This document shows positions 28,737 through 37,858 of a stretch of 64,000 nt of DNA, in pieces (the stretch's first letter is position 1; each line of letters begins with the position of its first letter). The DNA lies in NCBI GenBank assembly GCA_963727455.1, contig CAVSGG010000008.1:352001-416000 (forward strand), in the 5' to 3' direction. Below the pieces are notes generated by a model. That model had not been told where the DNA came from, searched no databases, and saw only the letters and a program-made list of their open reading frames with translations. The position numbers were made by a program, and so were the translations under genes. This stretch comes from Candidatus Krumholzibacteriota bacterium (GTDB taxonomy: Bacteria > Krumholzibacteriota > Krumholzibacteriia > JAJRXK01).

Positions 28737-29429
28737 ATGCGTTTACCCGCTGTATGCTCTGGAGTTTTCACGCCGATCCGAGTCCTTGCGCTCGCCTCGC
28801 TCTTGCTTCTCGGCGCGGCCTCCTCCGCCAATGCTCGTTTCTACTCCGGTTGGATCGGGCTCTTTCTCGATCCCGCCGGCACGGTCAGCTATGTAGATAG
28901 CGGGAACTCCGGCGATCACTCCGATTTGGTGGAGGTTCTGCCGGACGGCGGACTGCGCTACACGGTCTACGTTTTGGGCAAGGATCTCCCACGGGGCACT
29001 TCGGCCTACGAGTTCGCCCTCAAACCAGCCTACTGGGCTGGCGGGTACTGGAATTCGCCCCCACTACTCTCCCCGAGTTTTCCCGAAGCTGCCGAATACT
29101 GGGAATGGAGCTCGACGGGGATCGAGCCCTACACGACGCAGATCAACTATGCCGTGGAGCTGGGGGAGTGTCTGCCCGCCGAGGGACTCATCACCCTGGC
29201 GACCATCGAAGTCCAGTATAACTACCTCGATTCGTTTGTTCTGTTCGTCGAGCTCGCGGAAGCCCGCACCAACTCGACCGTTGTCTACGATTACGGCTAT
29301 CGACCCTGCGATGCGGCAGGGCCCTTCGTACGCCTTCCCTTGCCTCTCGGTCAGACGGAGGCGGGGGTGTACTTGCCCGATCCGGCCGCGGAACTTTCCT
29401 GGGGACAGATGAAGGCACAGTTTCGTTGA
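28737..29429 (+). CDS. Exported hypothetical protein with C-terminal SWGxxK motif
   Basis: Signal peptide ending ANA; C-terminus ELSWGQMKAQFR. Confidence 0.75.
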   Translation: MRLPAVCSGVFTPIRVLALASLLLLGAASSANARFYSGWIGLFLDPAGTVSYVDSGNSGDHSDLVEVLPDGGLRYTVYVLGKDLPRGTSAYEFALKPAYWAGGYWNSPPLLSPSFPEAAEYWEWSSTGIEPYTTQINYAVELGECLPAEGLITLATIEVQYNYLDSFVLFVELAEARTNSTVVYDYGYRPCDAAGPFVRLPLPLGQTEAGVYLPDPAAELSWGQMKAQFR

Positions 29430-29466
29430 GTAGCGTGCACCACGCGGCCCGCGAGTGAGGGCTACC

Positions 29467-29877
29467 CTACTGTGGCGAAGCTGCGCGCCGAGCGAAGAAG
29501 AAGTAGAGCGCCGCCCACACGAAGTCACCCGCCGAAAGAAGACAATAGGCCAGGGCTCCCTGGGGACGGTGCCAGAATACGATCCCCAAAATTCCCAAGG
29601 CTCCGGTTACCCGCATGGCAATGGAGAGATCGACCAACGGCGGACAGCGTTGTGCGGTCTCCGCCGCGGTCAGATAGACCAGGGGAAGTACGAGCAGGGG
29701 CAAAGTCGCCAAACGGAACAGAAAGGGTGAGCATGGCAGTGGATGGGAGAAGAGCGAGAAGAGCCAGGTGGGCATGGCCAAAAGCAAGATGAACCAGAGC
29801 CAGTCGTAGAGCGCACTCAAACGCAAGACGAAAATCAACGGACGCAGGGAGCTCACTGGGATTTTTGGTGATTCCAT
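29467..29877 (-). CDS. Hypothetical four-TM membrane protein
   Basis: Four hydrophobic segments; directly downstream of the PIG-L gene on the same strand. Confidence 0.65.
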   Translation of the reverse strand: MESPKIPVSSLRPLIFVLRLSALYDWLWFILLLAMPTWLFSLFSHPLPCSPFLFRLATLPLLVLPLVYLTAAETAQRCPPLVDLSIAMRVTGALGILGIVFWHRPQGALAYCLLSAGDFVWAALYFFFARRAASPQ

Positions 29878-29910
29878 AGGTCTCACTCTCCCTTCGTTTT
29901 CATTCGGCCG

Positions 29911-30624
29911 CTAGATCCCGAAGAGGGTCTCTACCGTTCCTCCCAACACGTCTTCGCTCAGAAGGGCCTCGGCCATTCCCACGTGGAGTCGAGACCCCAT
30001 GGTACGTCTCTGTGCGAGCAGGATGTCCAGGATCGACTGCGGGCCGCGACCGATGGGCATCTGGCTCGCGTAGGCCTCAATGGCGCGCGTGAGCGTCTCT
30101 TCATGTTCGGAGACATCCACGACAAAACTGGGAGGCACCGTTTCGGGTAGCATGTAGTAGAAGAGCCGCTTCACTTGGTGAGGTTCTCCCTGTGGCAGAG
30201 CCCTGCGCAGGCGCGCCAGCTTGCAGCCATCGCGAGCCAAGAGACCCGCGGCGAGATGATCCACGTTGGCCCTGCCGTCGAGGTGACTGGCTCGATTGTC
30301 GGGATAGGGCGCCAGAACGAGGGTGGGACGGAGCTCTCGCAGGAGCTGCGCGATGCGCACTCGACTCTCTCGGTCGTTTTCGACACCCGTGTCTTTGAAG
30401 TCGAGGATTCGGTGTTCACAGCCCAGGATCCGCGCCGCTTCCGCCGCCTCGCGCGCTCGCCCTTTGGGCGTTCCCCAGCTGCCTGCCTCTCCGGCGGTGA
30501 GGGCGACAATCATGACTCGGCGTCCCACCGCGCTCATGGCAGCCAGGATTCCACCAATCGCCATTTCCGCGTCGTCGGGATGTGCGCCAATCACCAGCGC
30601 ATCGAGAGAATGCTGCTTGGACAT
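29911..30624 (-). CDS. PIG-L/LmbE-family deacetylase (BshB1-like)
   Basis: GAHPDDAE, LTAGEAG, R..EA..AA.ILG, DH motif, AYASQ. Confidence 0.85.
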   Translation of the reverse strand: MSKQHSLDALVIGAHPDDAEMAIGGILAAMSAVGRRVMIVALTAGEAGSWGTPKGRAREAAEAARILGCEHRILDFKDTGVENDRESRVRIAQLLRELRPTLVLAPYPDNRASHLDGRANVDHLAAGLLARDGCKLARLRRALPQGEPHQVKRLFYYMLPETVPPSFVVDVSEHEETLTRAIEAYASQMPIGRGPQSILDILLAQRRTMGSRLHVGMAEALLSEDVLGGTVETLFGI

Positions 30625-30793
30625 GTCGTGATGGTATCCACAGGCCCCCCATGGCACAAGCTCTTCCATCTTGAAACGTGGCCTCATGCCCTCAACGCAC
30701 CGAGACTTGCGCTTTGCCACGGCCCCGATAGACTAGGGGCCCGTTGGGACAGAAGAGAGTTCATTTCAAGGCACCCTAAAGGAGAGAATTCCC

Positions 30794-31816
30794 GTGAGAG
30801 TACTCGCGACCGTCTCGAGCTTCCTTCTCATGAGCGCGCTTTTGGGCAGTGGAGTCTCCAGGGCAGAGGACGAAGTGACCCCGGGACCTTGGCAATTCGA
30901 AATGCTTGCTGGTTTCAATCTCAACCAGAGCGCGTTTTCGAACAACTGGTCCGGTGGAGATCGTGGAGCTTTCGCCTGGAGCATCAAGTCCGACCTACGT
31001 GCGGAACGTCAATTCACGCAGTCCTTCAACTGGACGAACACCCTGAGCCTGGCCTACGGCGTCACTGCCAAACAGGTGGCCGACCCCGACAATCCAAAGA
31101 AGAAGGTCTGGGATCGCCCGGAGAAGAGCGACGATCAAATCCTCCTGGAATCGACGGCACGCTGGGGCAAGACCTCGCTCAACCCTTACCTCCAATTTCG
31201 CTTCGAGACACAGTTCTTGGACAAGAGCGATCCGCGCGGGGCTCTGAAATTCAATCCGCTGCGTTTCAACGAAGCGGCCGGGATCACCAAGGTGATTCAA
31301 AAGACCGAAAAGCGAGAGATCCTCACCCGGCTCGGATTCAGCGTGCGTGAGAACGTGGCCAAGACCTTTCAGGATCTGGCCGGTGATAGGACCTCGAGGA
31401 CCAGCACGATGGACGGTGGATTGGAATGGCAGAGCGTGGCAGGCTTTCCTTTTTCCAAGGAACGCTTCTCTTTGAACTCACGGCTGATTCTCTTCTTGCC
31501 CGTCTTCTATTCGGCCAAGAGTGATTTGAAAGACTTCGACCAGGACAGGATCGACGCCGGAATGCCAGGTGACGCCATAGCCGACTACTGGAAGCAAGCG
31601 AGCGCCGACTGGCAGAACACCCTCACTGCCAAAGTCACAGACCTCTTGTCGGTGAATCTGTTCTTTCAGCTCGTCTACGAAAAATTCGACACGAGCACCG
31701 ACCTGAGTCCCGACCTGCCGCTGGACGTGCGTGTGGCAAACGCCGACGTGGGTATCCGCAAGGCAGCGCAATGGAAGCAGACTCTGGCTCTGAGCTTGAA
31801 TTACCGCTTCTTCTAA
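30794..31816 (+). CDS. Outer-membrane beta-barrel, DUF3078-like
   Basis: Signal peptide, NQSAFSNNWSGG, alternating strands, terminal LNYRFF. Confidence 0.75.
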   Translation: MRVLATVSSFLLMSALLGSGVSRAEDEVTPGPWQFEMLAGFNLNQSAFSNNWSGGDRGAFAWSIKSDLRAERQFTQSFNWTNTLSLAYGVTAKQVADPDNPKKKVWDRPEKSDDQILLESTARWGKTSLNPYLQFRFETQFLDKSDPRGALKFNPLRFNEAAGITKVIQKTEKREILTRLGFSVRENVAKTFQDLAGDRTSRTSTMDGGLEWQSVAGFPFSKERFSLNSRLILFLPVFYSAKSDLKDFDQDRIDAGMPGDAIADYWKQASADWQNTLTAKVTDLLSVNLFFQLVYEKFDTSTDLSPDLPLDVRVANADVGIRKAAQWKQTLALSLNYRFF

Positions 31817-31862
31817 GCCGCGGGCTTTGACGAACCTTCACCCTCTCAAGGGAAGTTTTGAC

Positions 31863-32696
31863 ATGGACAGCCAATCCGTACAGGGCCTCTACCTCACCAT
31901 CCAGGACCTTGCCGTTGCCTACGGTGGACGCATCCTCGGCGCCATCGCCATTCTGATCGTGGGTAGGATTGCCGCGGGGATCATCTCCAAGGCCGTTCAC
32001 CGGGGCATGAACAGAGCAAAGGTCGACACCGCGCTGGGCAATTTCGTGGCCAAGCTGGCCTATTTCGGCGTCTGGATCTTTGCACTCATCGCGTCGCTGG
32101 AAGCCTTCGGCGTGAGGACGACCTCATTCGTGGCCGTACTGGGTGCCGCTGGTTTGGCAGTCGGCCTCGCTCTCCAGGGCTCACTCTCGAATTTCGCCGC
32201 GGGAGTGATGATCCTGCTCTTCAGACCCTTTCGCATCGGTGACTTCATCGAAGCAGCAGGGGTGAGAGGGAAAGTCGTCGAGATCAGCGTGTTCACTACC
32301 ATCCTCTATACTCCCGATAACCAGAAGATGATCGTGCCCAACAGCGGAATCATGGGGGGCAACATCATCAACGTCACCGCGATGGACACACGCAGAGTCG
32401 ATATCACGGCGGGCATCGCTTACGACGACGACATCGACAAGGCCAAGCGGGTCTTCCTGGAACTCTGCACCAACCACCCGAAAGTCCTGAAGGATCCAGC
32501 CCCGGTGGTCAAGTTGTCATCGCTCGGGGATTCCTCGGTGAATTTCTCGATCCGGCCGTGGTCGAAGACGGAAGACTATTGGGACGTCTATTTCGACTTG
32601 AACGAACAGATCAAGAAGGCCTGTGATGCGAACGGTTTGAGCATTCCGTTCCCCCAGCGAGACGTGCATCTCTTCCAGGCCTCCAACGGGGCCTAG
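31863..32696 (+). CDS. mscS: Small-conductance mechanosensitive channel
   Basis: LGAAGLAVGLALQGSLSNFAAG, RPFRIGD, IPFPQRDVH. Confidence 0.92.
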   Translation: MDSQSVQGLYLTIQDLAVAYGGRILGAIAILIVGRIAAGIISKAVHRGMNRAKVDTALGNFVAKLAYFGVWIFALIASLEAFGVRTTSFVAVLGAAGLAVGLALQGSLSNFAAGVMILLFRPFRIGDFIEAAGVRGKVVEISVFTTILYTPDNQKMIVPNSGIMGGNIINVTAMDTRRVDITAGIAYDDDIDKAKRVFLELCTNHPKVLKDPAPVVKLSSLGDSSVNFSIRPWSKTEDYWDVYFDLNEQIKKACDANGLSIPFPQRDVHLFQASNGA

Positions 32697-32899
32697 CCGC
32701 GAGCTCGCCCCGCCGGACTGCTTCCCCGCGGGCGATCCGCTCTCAACGGGAGTGCTATTGATCGCGGGGGGCCCATTTCTTAGCTTGAAAGGAGGGATCT
32801 GCGCAGCTCGCGGGTCCTTTCGGTCTTGAAGCCCCCGATTGCCGGCGCCTGGGCCCGAAGAGAAGGTCCGCGCAGTTCGTCAAGGAGATAGAGTACGCG

Positions 32900-34168
32900 A
32901 TGCATCTTCATGCTCCCTGGAGGCCACTTGGAGTGCTGGGGCTCTCCCTGCTCTGCGGCTGCCTCTTTGCTTGCAGCAATTCCACGACCGGACCCCTCCA
33001 GGACCAGGCCCCCGATACCAGCATTGTTTCGGCGCCGAGAAGCGACATCCCGAACTCCTACCGCGTCACGATCGCGTGGCTCGGCAGCGACCCGGACGGG
33101 CAGGTCGCGTCGTTCCAATGGCGCATGAGCGATGATGGCGCCGACGGGGTCGTCGATCCCGAGGACACTCTGGGACTCGACTGGCACAGCACTGCGATCA
33201 GCGACTCCACCTTCGACACTTCGGCCGAGCTGGATTCCTTCGCCGCGGATGTCGCGAACCCCCTCATCACCGATCCCATCGATTTCAGGAACTGGCAGAC
33301 GCATACCTTCTTCGTGCGCGCCATCGACCGACATGGCAACGTCGATCCCACTCCCGCCTCGGCCACTTTCACCGTCACCACCATCTTGCCCCAAGTGGAG
33401 TTCGATCTGCCCACACTCGACCAGGATGTCTGCCAGGCGACGAATACCACCGTCGGCATCGGAATCGATACCCGCGATGAGGACGACCCCCTCAGAGTCG
33501 CGTCCGAGTACCGCTACGCATGGGTGGCGGCGGAAGACCTCGACCCATCGCTTTTCGACGGCACCGGGGTGAGCCCCCCGCAGGCGGGAGATTGTCTCAC
33601 GCGCGAGCAGTACGAGCTGCTCGACTCTACTCGACTGTTCAAACAGAGCGATTGGTCGTCCTGGATTCCCTTCGAAATCACCAGCCGGCCCGAGGCCGAC
33701 ATCACCCGATCCGGCCTCTCACCCGGAAGCTCCTGGTTCCTCGCGGTGCAGGCGCGCGATCGGGCCAACGCCGTCACCACCACCTTTCGCTGGAACCGCA
33801 ATCTCTTCCACTTCCACGTGGACGGGGGGTTCTTCCCCGTACTGCACGTTGTCGATCCCAGCGCCGGGGAGATGGACTTTCTGGGCGAGGCCTCAAACGC
33901 GGTGGACCTAGGAGCCTACGGCGATTCCACCCTCACCTTCAGCTGGAGTGCCGACGCGGAGTCCTACGCGGGACTGATCGCGGACTACCGCTACGCTTTC
34001 GACGCGGCCGATCCCCTCAACGTCGAAGAGTCCGAATGGGATACTCCCTGGGCGATCTTGAGCTCCACGAGTGTCCAGCTGGATTCCGGCGCCCACAATC
34101 TGGCCATCGCGGTCCGGGACAATTCCGGAGCCATCACCAGGGCCGTCTATCTCTTCAGCGTCAACTAG
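32900..34168 (+). CDS. Lipoprotein with tandem FN3/Ig-like domains
   Basis: Lipobox LFA-C; repeated W.G.D.DG...(F/Y).(W/Y)...V.A.D modules. Confidence 0.75.
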   Translation: MHLHAPWRPLGVLGLSLLCGCLFACSNSTTGPLQDQAPDTSIVSAPRSDIPNSYRVTIAWLGSDPDGQVASFQWRMSDDGADGVVDPEDTLGLDWHSTAISDSTFDTSAELDSFAADVANPLITDPIDFRNWQTHTFFVRAIDRHGNVDPTPASATFTVTTILPQVEFDLPTLDQDVCQATNTTVGIGIDTRDEDDPLRVASEYRYAWVAAEDLDPSLFDGTGVSPPQAGDCLTREQYELLDSTRLFKQSDWSSWIPFEITSRPEADITRSGLSPGSSWFLAVQARDRANAVTTTFRWNRNLFHFHVDGGFFPVLHVVDPSAGEMDFLGEASNAVDLGAYGDSTLTFSWSADAESYAGLIADYRYAFDAADPLNVEESEWDTPWAILSSTSVQLDSGAHNLAIAVRDNSGAITRAVYLFSVN

Positions 34169-34272
34169 AATCCAGGTTCTCCTTCCCTGCCGCCATCTGG
34201 CGACTACAATTGGGTGCGAGAGGTTGCCGTTCGGCAGCGAGGGCCGGCTCCCGTCTGGCGAGGAGGAGTACC

Positions 34273-34785
34273 ATGGACGAAGCCAAGAAGCAGCGCATGA
34301 TCGAGGTCCTGAAGGAAGCGGTCATGACCGAGATCAAGGGCCATCAGCTCTATTCTCACGCGGCGGAGACTACCGAGGATAGCGCGGCCAAAGCCATGTT
34401 CGAGGATATGGCCAAGGACGAAGAGCAACACGTACAAATCCTCCAGACCCAGCTCGAGAACTACACCAACGAAGGCCGGCTCAAGTTGGACGAGATCCAT
34501 CCGGCTGCGGTGGATCACGGCGCCTCGCACATTATCAACGACAGCTTTCGCAAGTCCTTGCGCCGGGGTGCCTTCGAAATGGCGGTAATTGGTATCGGTG
34601 TCGATTTGGAGAACCGCGCGATCTCCTACTACAAAGAGCAGGCTGAGAAGTCCTTCGACCCGGACCTCAAGAAACTCTTCACTTGGTTGAGCGAGTGGGA
34701 GGTCGGCCACCTCAACGCCCTGATGGATCTCCAGAAGTTCACGCAGGACGAATACTGGTCCCAACAAGGCTTCTCGCCCATGTAG
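34273..34785 (+). CDS. Ferritin-like/rubrerythrin-family diiron protein
   Basis: AGGAGG RBS; E..G...Y, DEEQH, E..A...Y, WEVGH diiron ligands. Confidence 0.85.
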   Translation: MDEAKKQRMIEVLKEAVMTEIKGHQLYSHAAETTEDSAAKAMFEDMAKDEEQHVQILQTQLENYTNEGRLKLDEIHPAAVDHGASHIINDSFRKSLRRGAFEMAVIGIGVDLENRAISYYKEQAEKSFDPDLKKLFTWLSEWEVGHLNALMDLQKFTQDEYWSQQGFSPM

Positions 34786-34816
34786 GCCGCTGGCCCGGCA
34801 TCAGAGGAACACGAAC

Positions 34817-35083
34817 TCAAAGGTGGAGGATCAGCTCGCCTCCCCAGCGGCTGACCCGACGGATCTCTCTCAGGGGAACGATCTGATCCACTTTCTCCAT
34901 GGACTTGCGCTTGGGAGCCTCGTATCCCAGGCGCAGATAGTCCTCCCCCACCTCGGTGATGGTCGCAAGATAGGTCTCCAGCTGCACGGTATCGCGCATG
35001 ACCGATTCGGAGAAGCTGCGCGGATTGACCACCGTCACGTCCTTGTCGACCCAAGTAAGGAGAATGTCACGCAAGCAAGCCAT
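34817..35083 (-). CDS. Small hypothetical protein (88 aa)
   Basis: GAGG RBS before ATG 35083; protein-like composition. Confidence 0.65.
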   Translation of the reverse strand: MACLRDILLTWVDKDVTVVNPRSFSESVMRDTVQLETYLATITEVGEDYLRLGYEAPKRKSMEKVDQIVPLREIRRVSRWGGELILHL

Positions 35084-35227
35084 GGGCACCTCTAGGCTGC
35101 AGGAAATGAAGACCTTTCGATTGTAAACCCAGTGGCGAGCTCTCTCCAAGCCCTGGCTTGGCTTGCACGAAGGGCGCAAGACGGTATTCTGCTCACGGCC
35201 CTCCAGCTCTCTTGAAGGAGTCGGCGC

Positions 35228-36583
35228 GTGGACGAAAAGAATTCCGAATTGGCCGAGTCGGTGGACCGTATGCTGCGGGAAGTACTGGCCGACGCCGCCG
35301 AGCATCCGGTCCTACCCTCCTTGCCCCCCGAAGAACTCGCGGCTCGGCTCGAGCTAGGGCTCACCAGCGAGGGCAGAAGTCTGAGCCGGGTGGTCGAGGA
35401 TCTCGTCACCCTGGCGGCCAACACCCCGAGAACCAGTTCGCCGCACTTCTTCAACCAGCTCTTCGGCGGCCGTGAAACCGCGGCCGTCGTTGCGGAGACC
35501 TTGAGCGCGGTCCTCAACAACTCGATGTATACCTACAAGGCCGCAGGATGTCAGGTCTTACTGGAACGTGAACTCCTGCGGCACATGGCAGATCTGGTGG
35601 ACATGCCGAACGCCGAGGGTTCTCTGCAGGCTGGCGGAAGTCTCTCCAACCTGCTCGGGCTCATGCTCGCGCGCAATCGCGCCTTCCCTCAGTGGCGCGA
35701 GAGGGGTCCCTCCGGTCAGAAACCCGTGCTCTACACTTCGAGCGAGTCGCACTACTCGGTGCGCAAGGCTGCCGGCATTCTGGGTATCGGGCGCGAGAAC
35801 CTGCGCTCCGTCGAGGTTGACGAGAGGGGGAGGATGCTTCCGGAGGAGTTGGAGCGGCAAATCCTGGCCGACGAGCGGGCCGGCCGCACGCCTTTCTTCG
35901 TGAACGCCACCGCCGGTACCACGGTCCGCGGGGCCTTCGATCCTCTGAGCGAACTGGCGCAGATCACCCGGCCGCGAGGCCTGTGGTTGCATGTCGACGG
36001 CGCTTTCGGCGCCTCGGTCGCCCTCTCCCCGCGGCGAAAGCACCTCTTGAAGGGGGTCGAGTCCGCGGACTCTCTCGCCTGGGACCCCCACAAGATGATG
36101 GGCGTGCCACTGCCTTGCTCGGTGCTGCTCGTGCGGGAAAGGGGGCTCTTGCGCGCGAGCCTCAGCGAGAGAGCGGACTATCTCTTCCAGGAAAACGACG
36201 AGGACGTGAACCCGGGCGACCGCAATCTTCACTGCGGACGGCGAAACGACGCGCTCAAGCTCTGGGCGAGCTGGCGGTACTATGGAGACTCGGGTTGGGA
36301 GCGTCGCATCGAGCGTCAGTTCGCTCTGGCAAGACACGCCGCGCGGAGGATCAAGGAGCGCCAGGAGTTCTCTCTGGTCGAAGAGCCGCCCTGTATTACG
36401 GTCTGCTTCGAGGTGGTCGGCAAGAACAGCGAAGTGGTGTGCCGCAAGCTCGCGGAGCAGGGACTGGCCAAGATCGGCTACGGCAAGGTGCGCGAACGCA
36501 ATGTGATCCGTCTGGTCACTGTGAATCCCGAGCTGAGGGAGGAGGACCTGGAGGCGCTCCTGGCGCAAATTCTCACCGTCTGA
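35228..36583 (+). CDS. Group II PLP-dependent amino acid decarboxylase (GAD/CSAD-like)
   Basis: FFNQLFGG, GGSLSN, SHYS, TAGTTVRGAFDP, WLHVDGAFG, PLP lysine in DPHKMM. Confidence 0.88.
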   Translation: MDEKNSELAESVDRMLREVLADAAEHPVLPSLPPEELAARLELGLTSEGRSLSRVVEDLVTLAANTPRTSSPHFFNQLFGGRETAAVVAETLSAVLNNSMYTYKAAGCQVLLERELLRHMADLVDMPNAEGSLQAGGSLSNLLGLMLARNRAFPQWRERGPSGQKPVLYTSSESHYSVRKAAGILGIGRENLRSVEVDERGRMLPEELERQILADERAGRTPFFVNATAGTTVRGAFDPLSELAQITRPRGLWLHVDGAFGASVALSPRRKHLLKGVESADSLAWDPHKMMGVPLPCSVLLVRERGLLRASLSERADYLFQENDEDVNPGDRNLHCGRRNDALKLWASWRYYGDSGWERRIERQFALARHAARRIKERQEFSLVEEPPCITVCFEVVGKNSEVVCRKLAEQGLAKIGYGKVRERNVIRLVTVNPELREEDLEALLAQILTV

Positions 36584-36782
36584 GCACCATTGCCGCCCCA
36601 GGCGGGATGAGGTCGAGGCGGCGGCGCCTCCGGGCCCGGCGAGGTCTGAACCAGGGCTCGGTTGACGATGCCCTGGCGACACGATAGCCTCCCCCATTCG
36701 AACTCGCGTTTCCTTCAGAATTCGGCCCCGCACAAGCGCGTCCACACTTCGCGCCACGCCGAGGGCCCTGGGGATGAGACTC

Positions 36783-37760
36783 ATGCGAATCTTGTCGGGC
36801 GTTCAACCCACGGGAAAGCTCCATCTGGGCAACTACTTCGGCGCCATCCGACAGCATCTGCAGTTGCAGGATGAGCCCGGCAATCAGTGCTTCTACTTCA
36901 TCGCGGACTACCATGCCCTGACCACCGTGCATCAGCCGGAAGTCCTGCGGGAGAACATTCGCGAAGTCGCTCTCACCTATCTCGCGCTGGGACTCGATCC
37001 AAAGCGAACGGTCTTCTACCGCCAAAGTGATCTGCCGGAAGTCACCGAGCTCACCTGGCTGCTCGCGAGCGTCACCGGGATGGGGCTCATCGAACGCGCA
37101 CATTCTTACAAGGACAAAGTCGGCCGCGGCATCAAGCCCAGTCTTGGCCTGTTCTACTATCCAGTTCTCATGGCGGCGGACATCCTCATCGTCAAAGGTC
37201 AGGTGGTTCCCGTCGGCCAGGATCAGGTGCAGCACTTGGAGATGGCCCAGGACATGGCAGGCTACTTCAACAGCAGCTTCGGCACCGATGCGCTCGTGCG
37301 TCCCGAGTGGCGATTGAGCGCGACGCCCAAAGTGCCCGGTACCGACGGCCACAAGATGTCCAAGAGCTACGACAACACCATTTCGATTTTCGCTGAGGGT
37401 AAGGCTCTGAAAAAGTCGGTCATGGGGATCGTCACGAATCCCATCGACCTGGGAAAACCTCTTCCCACCGAGGATGACAACATTCTGGGACTGTACAAGC
37501 TCTTCGCGAAGCAAGACGAGATTGAGCAGATGGAAGCCGACTATCGCGAAGGTTCCATTGGCTATGGCGAAGCGAAAAAGAGGCTCCTCGAGAAGATCGA
37601 CGGCCATTTTTCCCTGGCGCGCGAGCGGCGACGAGAGCTCTCGAAACAACCCTCGTACGTCGAAGACGTGCTCGCGGACGGGGCCAAGCGCGCCAGGGAA
37701 GTTGCGCAGCGAACCATGCAGGAATGCCGCGAGGCGTGCGGTCTCTCGCGCCCGATTTGA
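36783..37760 (+). CDS. trpS: Tryptophanyl-tRNA synthetase
   Basis: SGVQPTGKLHLGNY, YPVLMAADIL, VPVGQDQ.QH, KMSKS. Confidence 0.95.
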   Translation: MRILSGVQPTGKLHLGNYFGAIRQHLQLQDEPGNQCFYFIADYHALTTVHQPEVLRENIREVALTYLALGLDPKRTVFYRQSDLPEVTELTWLLASVTGMGLIERAHSYKDKVGRGIKPSLGLFYYPVLMAADILIVKGQVVPVGQDQVQHLEMAQDMAGYFNSSFGTDALVRPEWRLSATPKVPGTDGHKMSKSYDNTISIFAEGKALKKSVMGIVTNPIDLGKPLPTEDDNILGLYKLFAKQDEIEQMEADYREGSIGYGEAKKRLLEKIDGHFSLARERRRELSKQPSYVEDVLADGAKRAREVAQRTMQECREACGLSRPI

Positions 37761-37858
37761 GGCGGATTGGGCCAGCCATGGGCCCTTCTTGCGCCTTTTT
37801 TGCAGTTTCGGCAACTTATCCACCACACCGGTCTATAAAGACGAGGATGGAAGTTACG

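Noticed and set aside
29911-30624. Bacillithiol biosynthesis cluster
   Set aside because: Only a PIG-L deacetylase is present. No bshA or bshC is adjacent, and the GT4 at 10244-11332 is far away and generic.
34273-34785. Encapsulin cargo interpretation of the ferritin-like protein
   Set aside because: No encapsulin shell gene nearby and no L.(V/I)GSL-type targeting peptide.
36584-36782. Possible T-box or attenuator upstream of trpS
   Set aside because: No T-box consensus, no terminator with a U-tract and no Trp-rich leader peptide seen.
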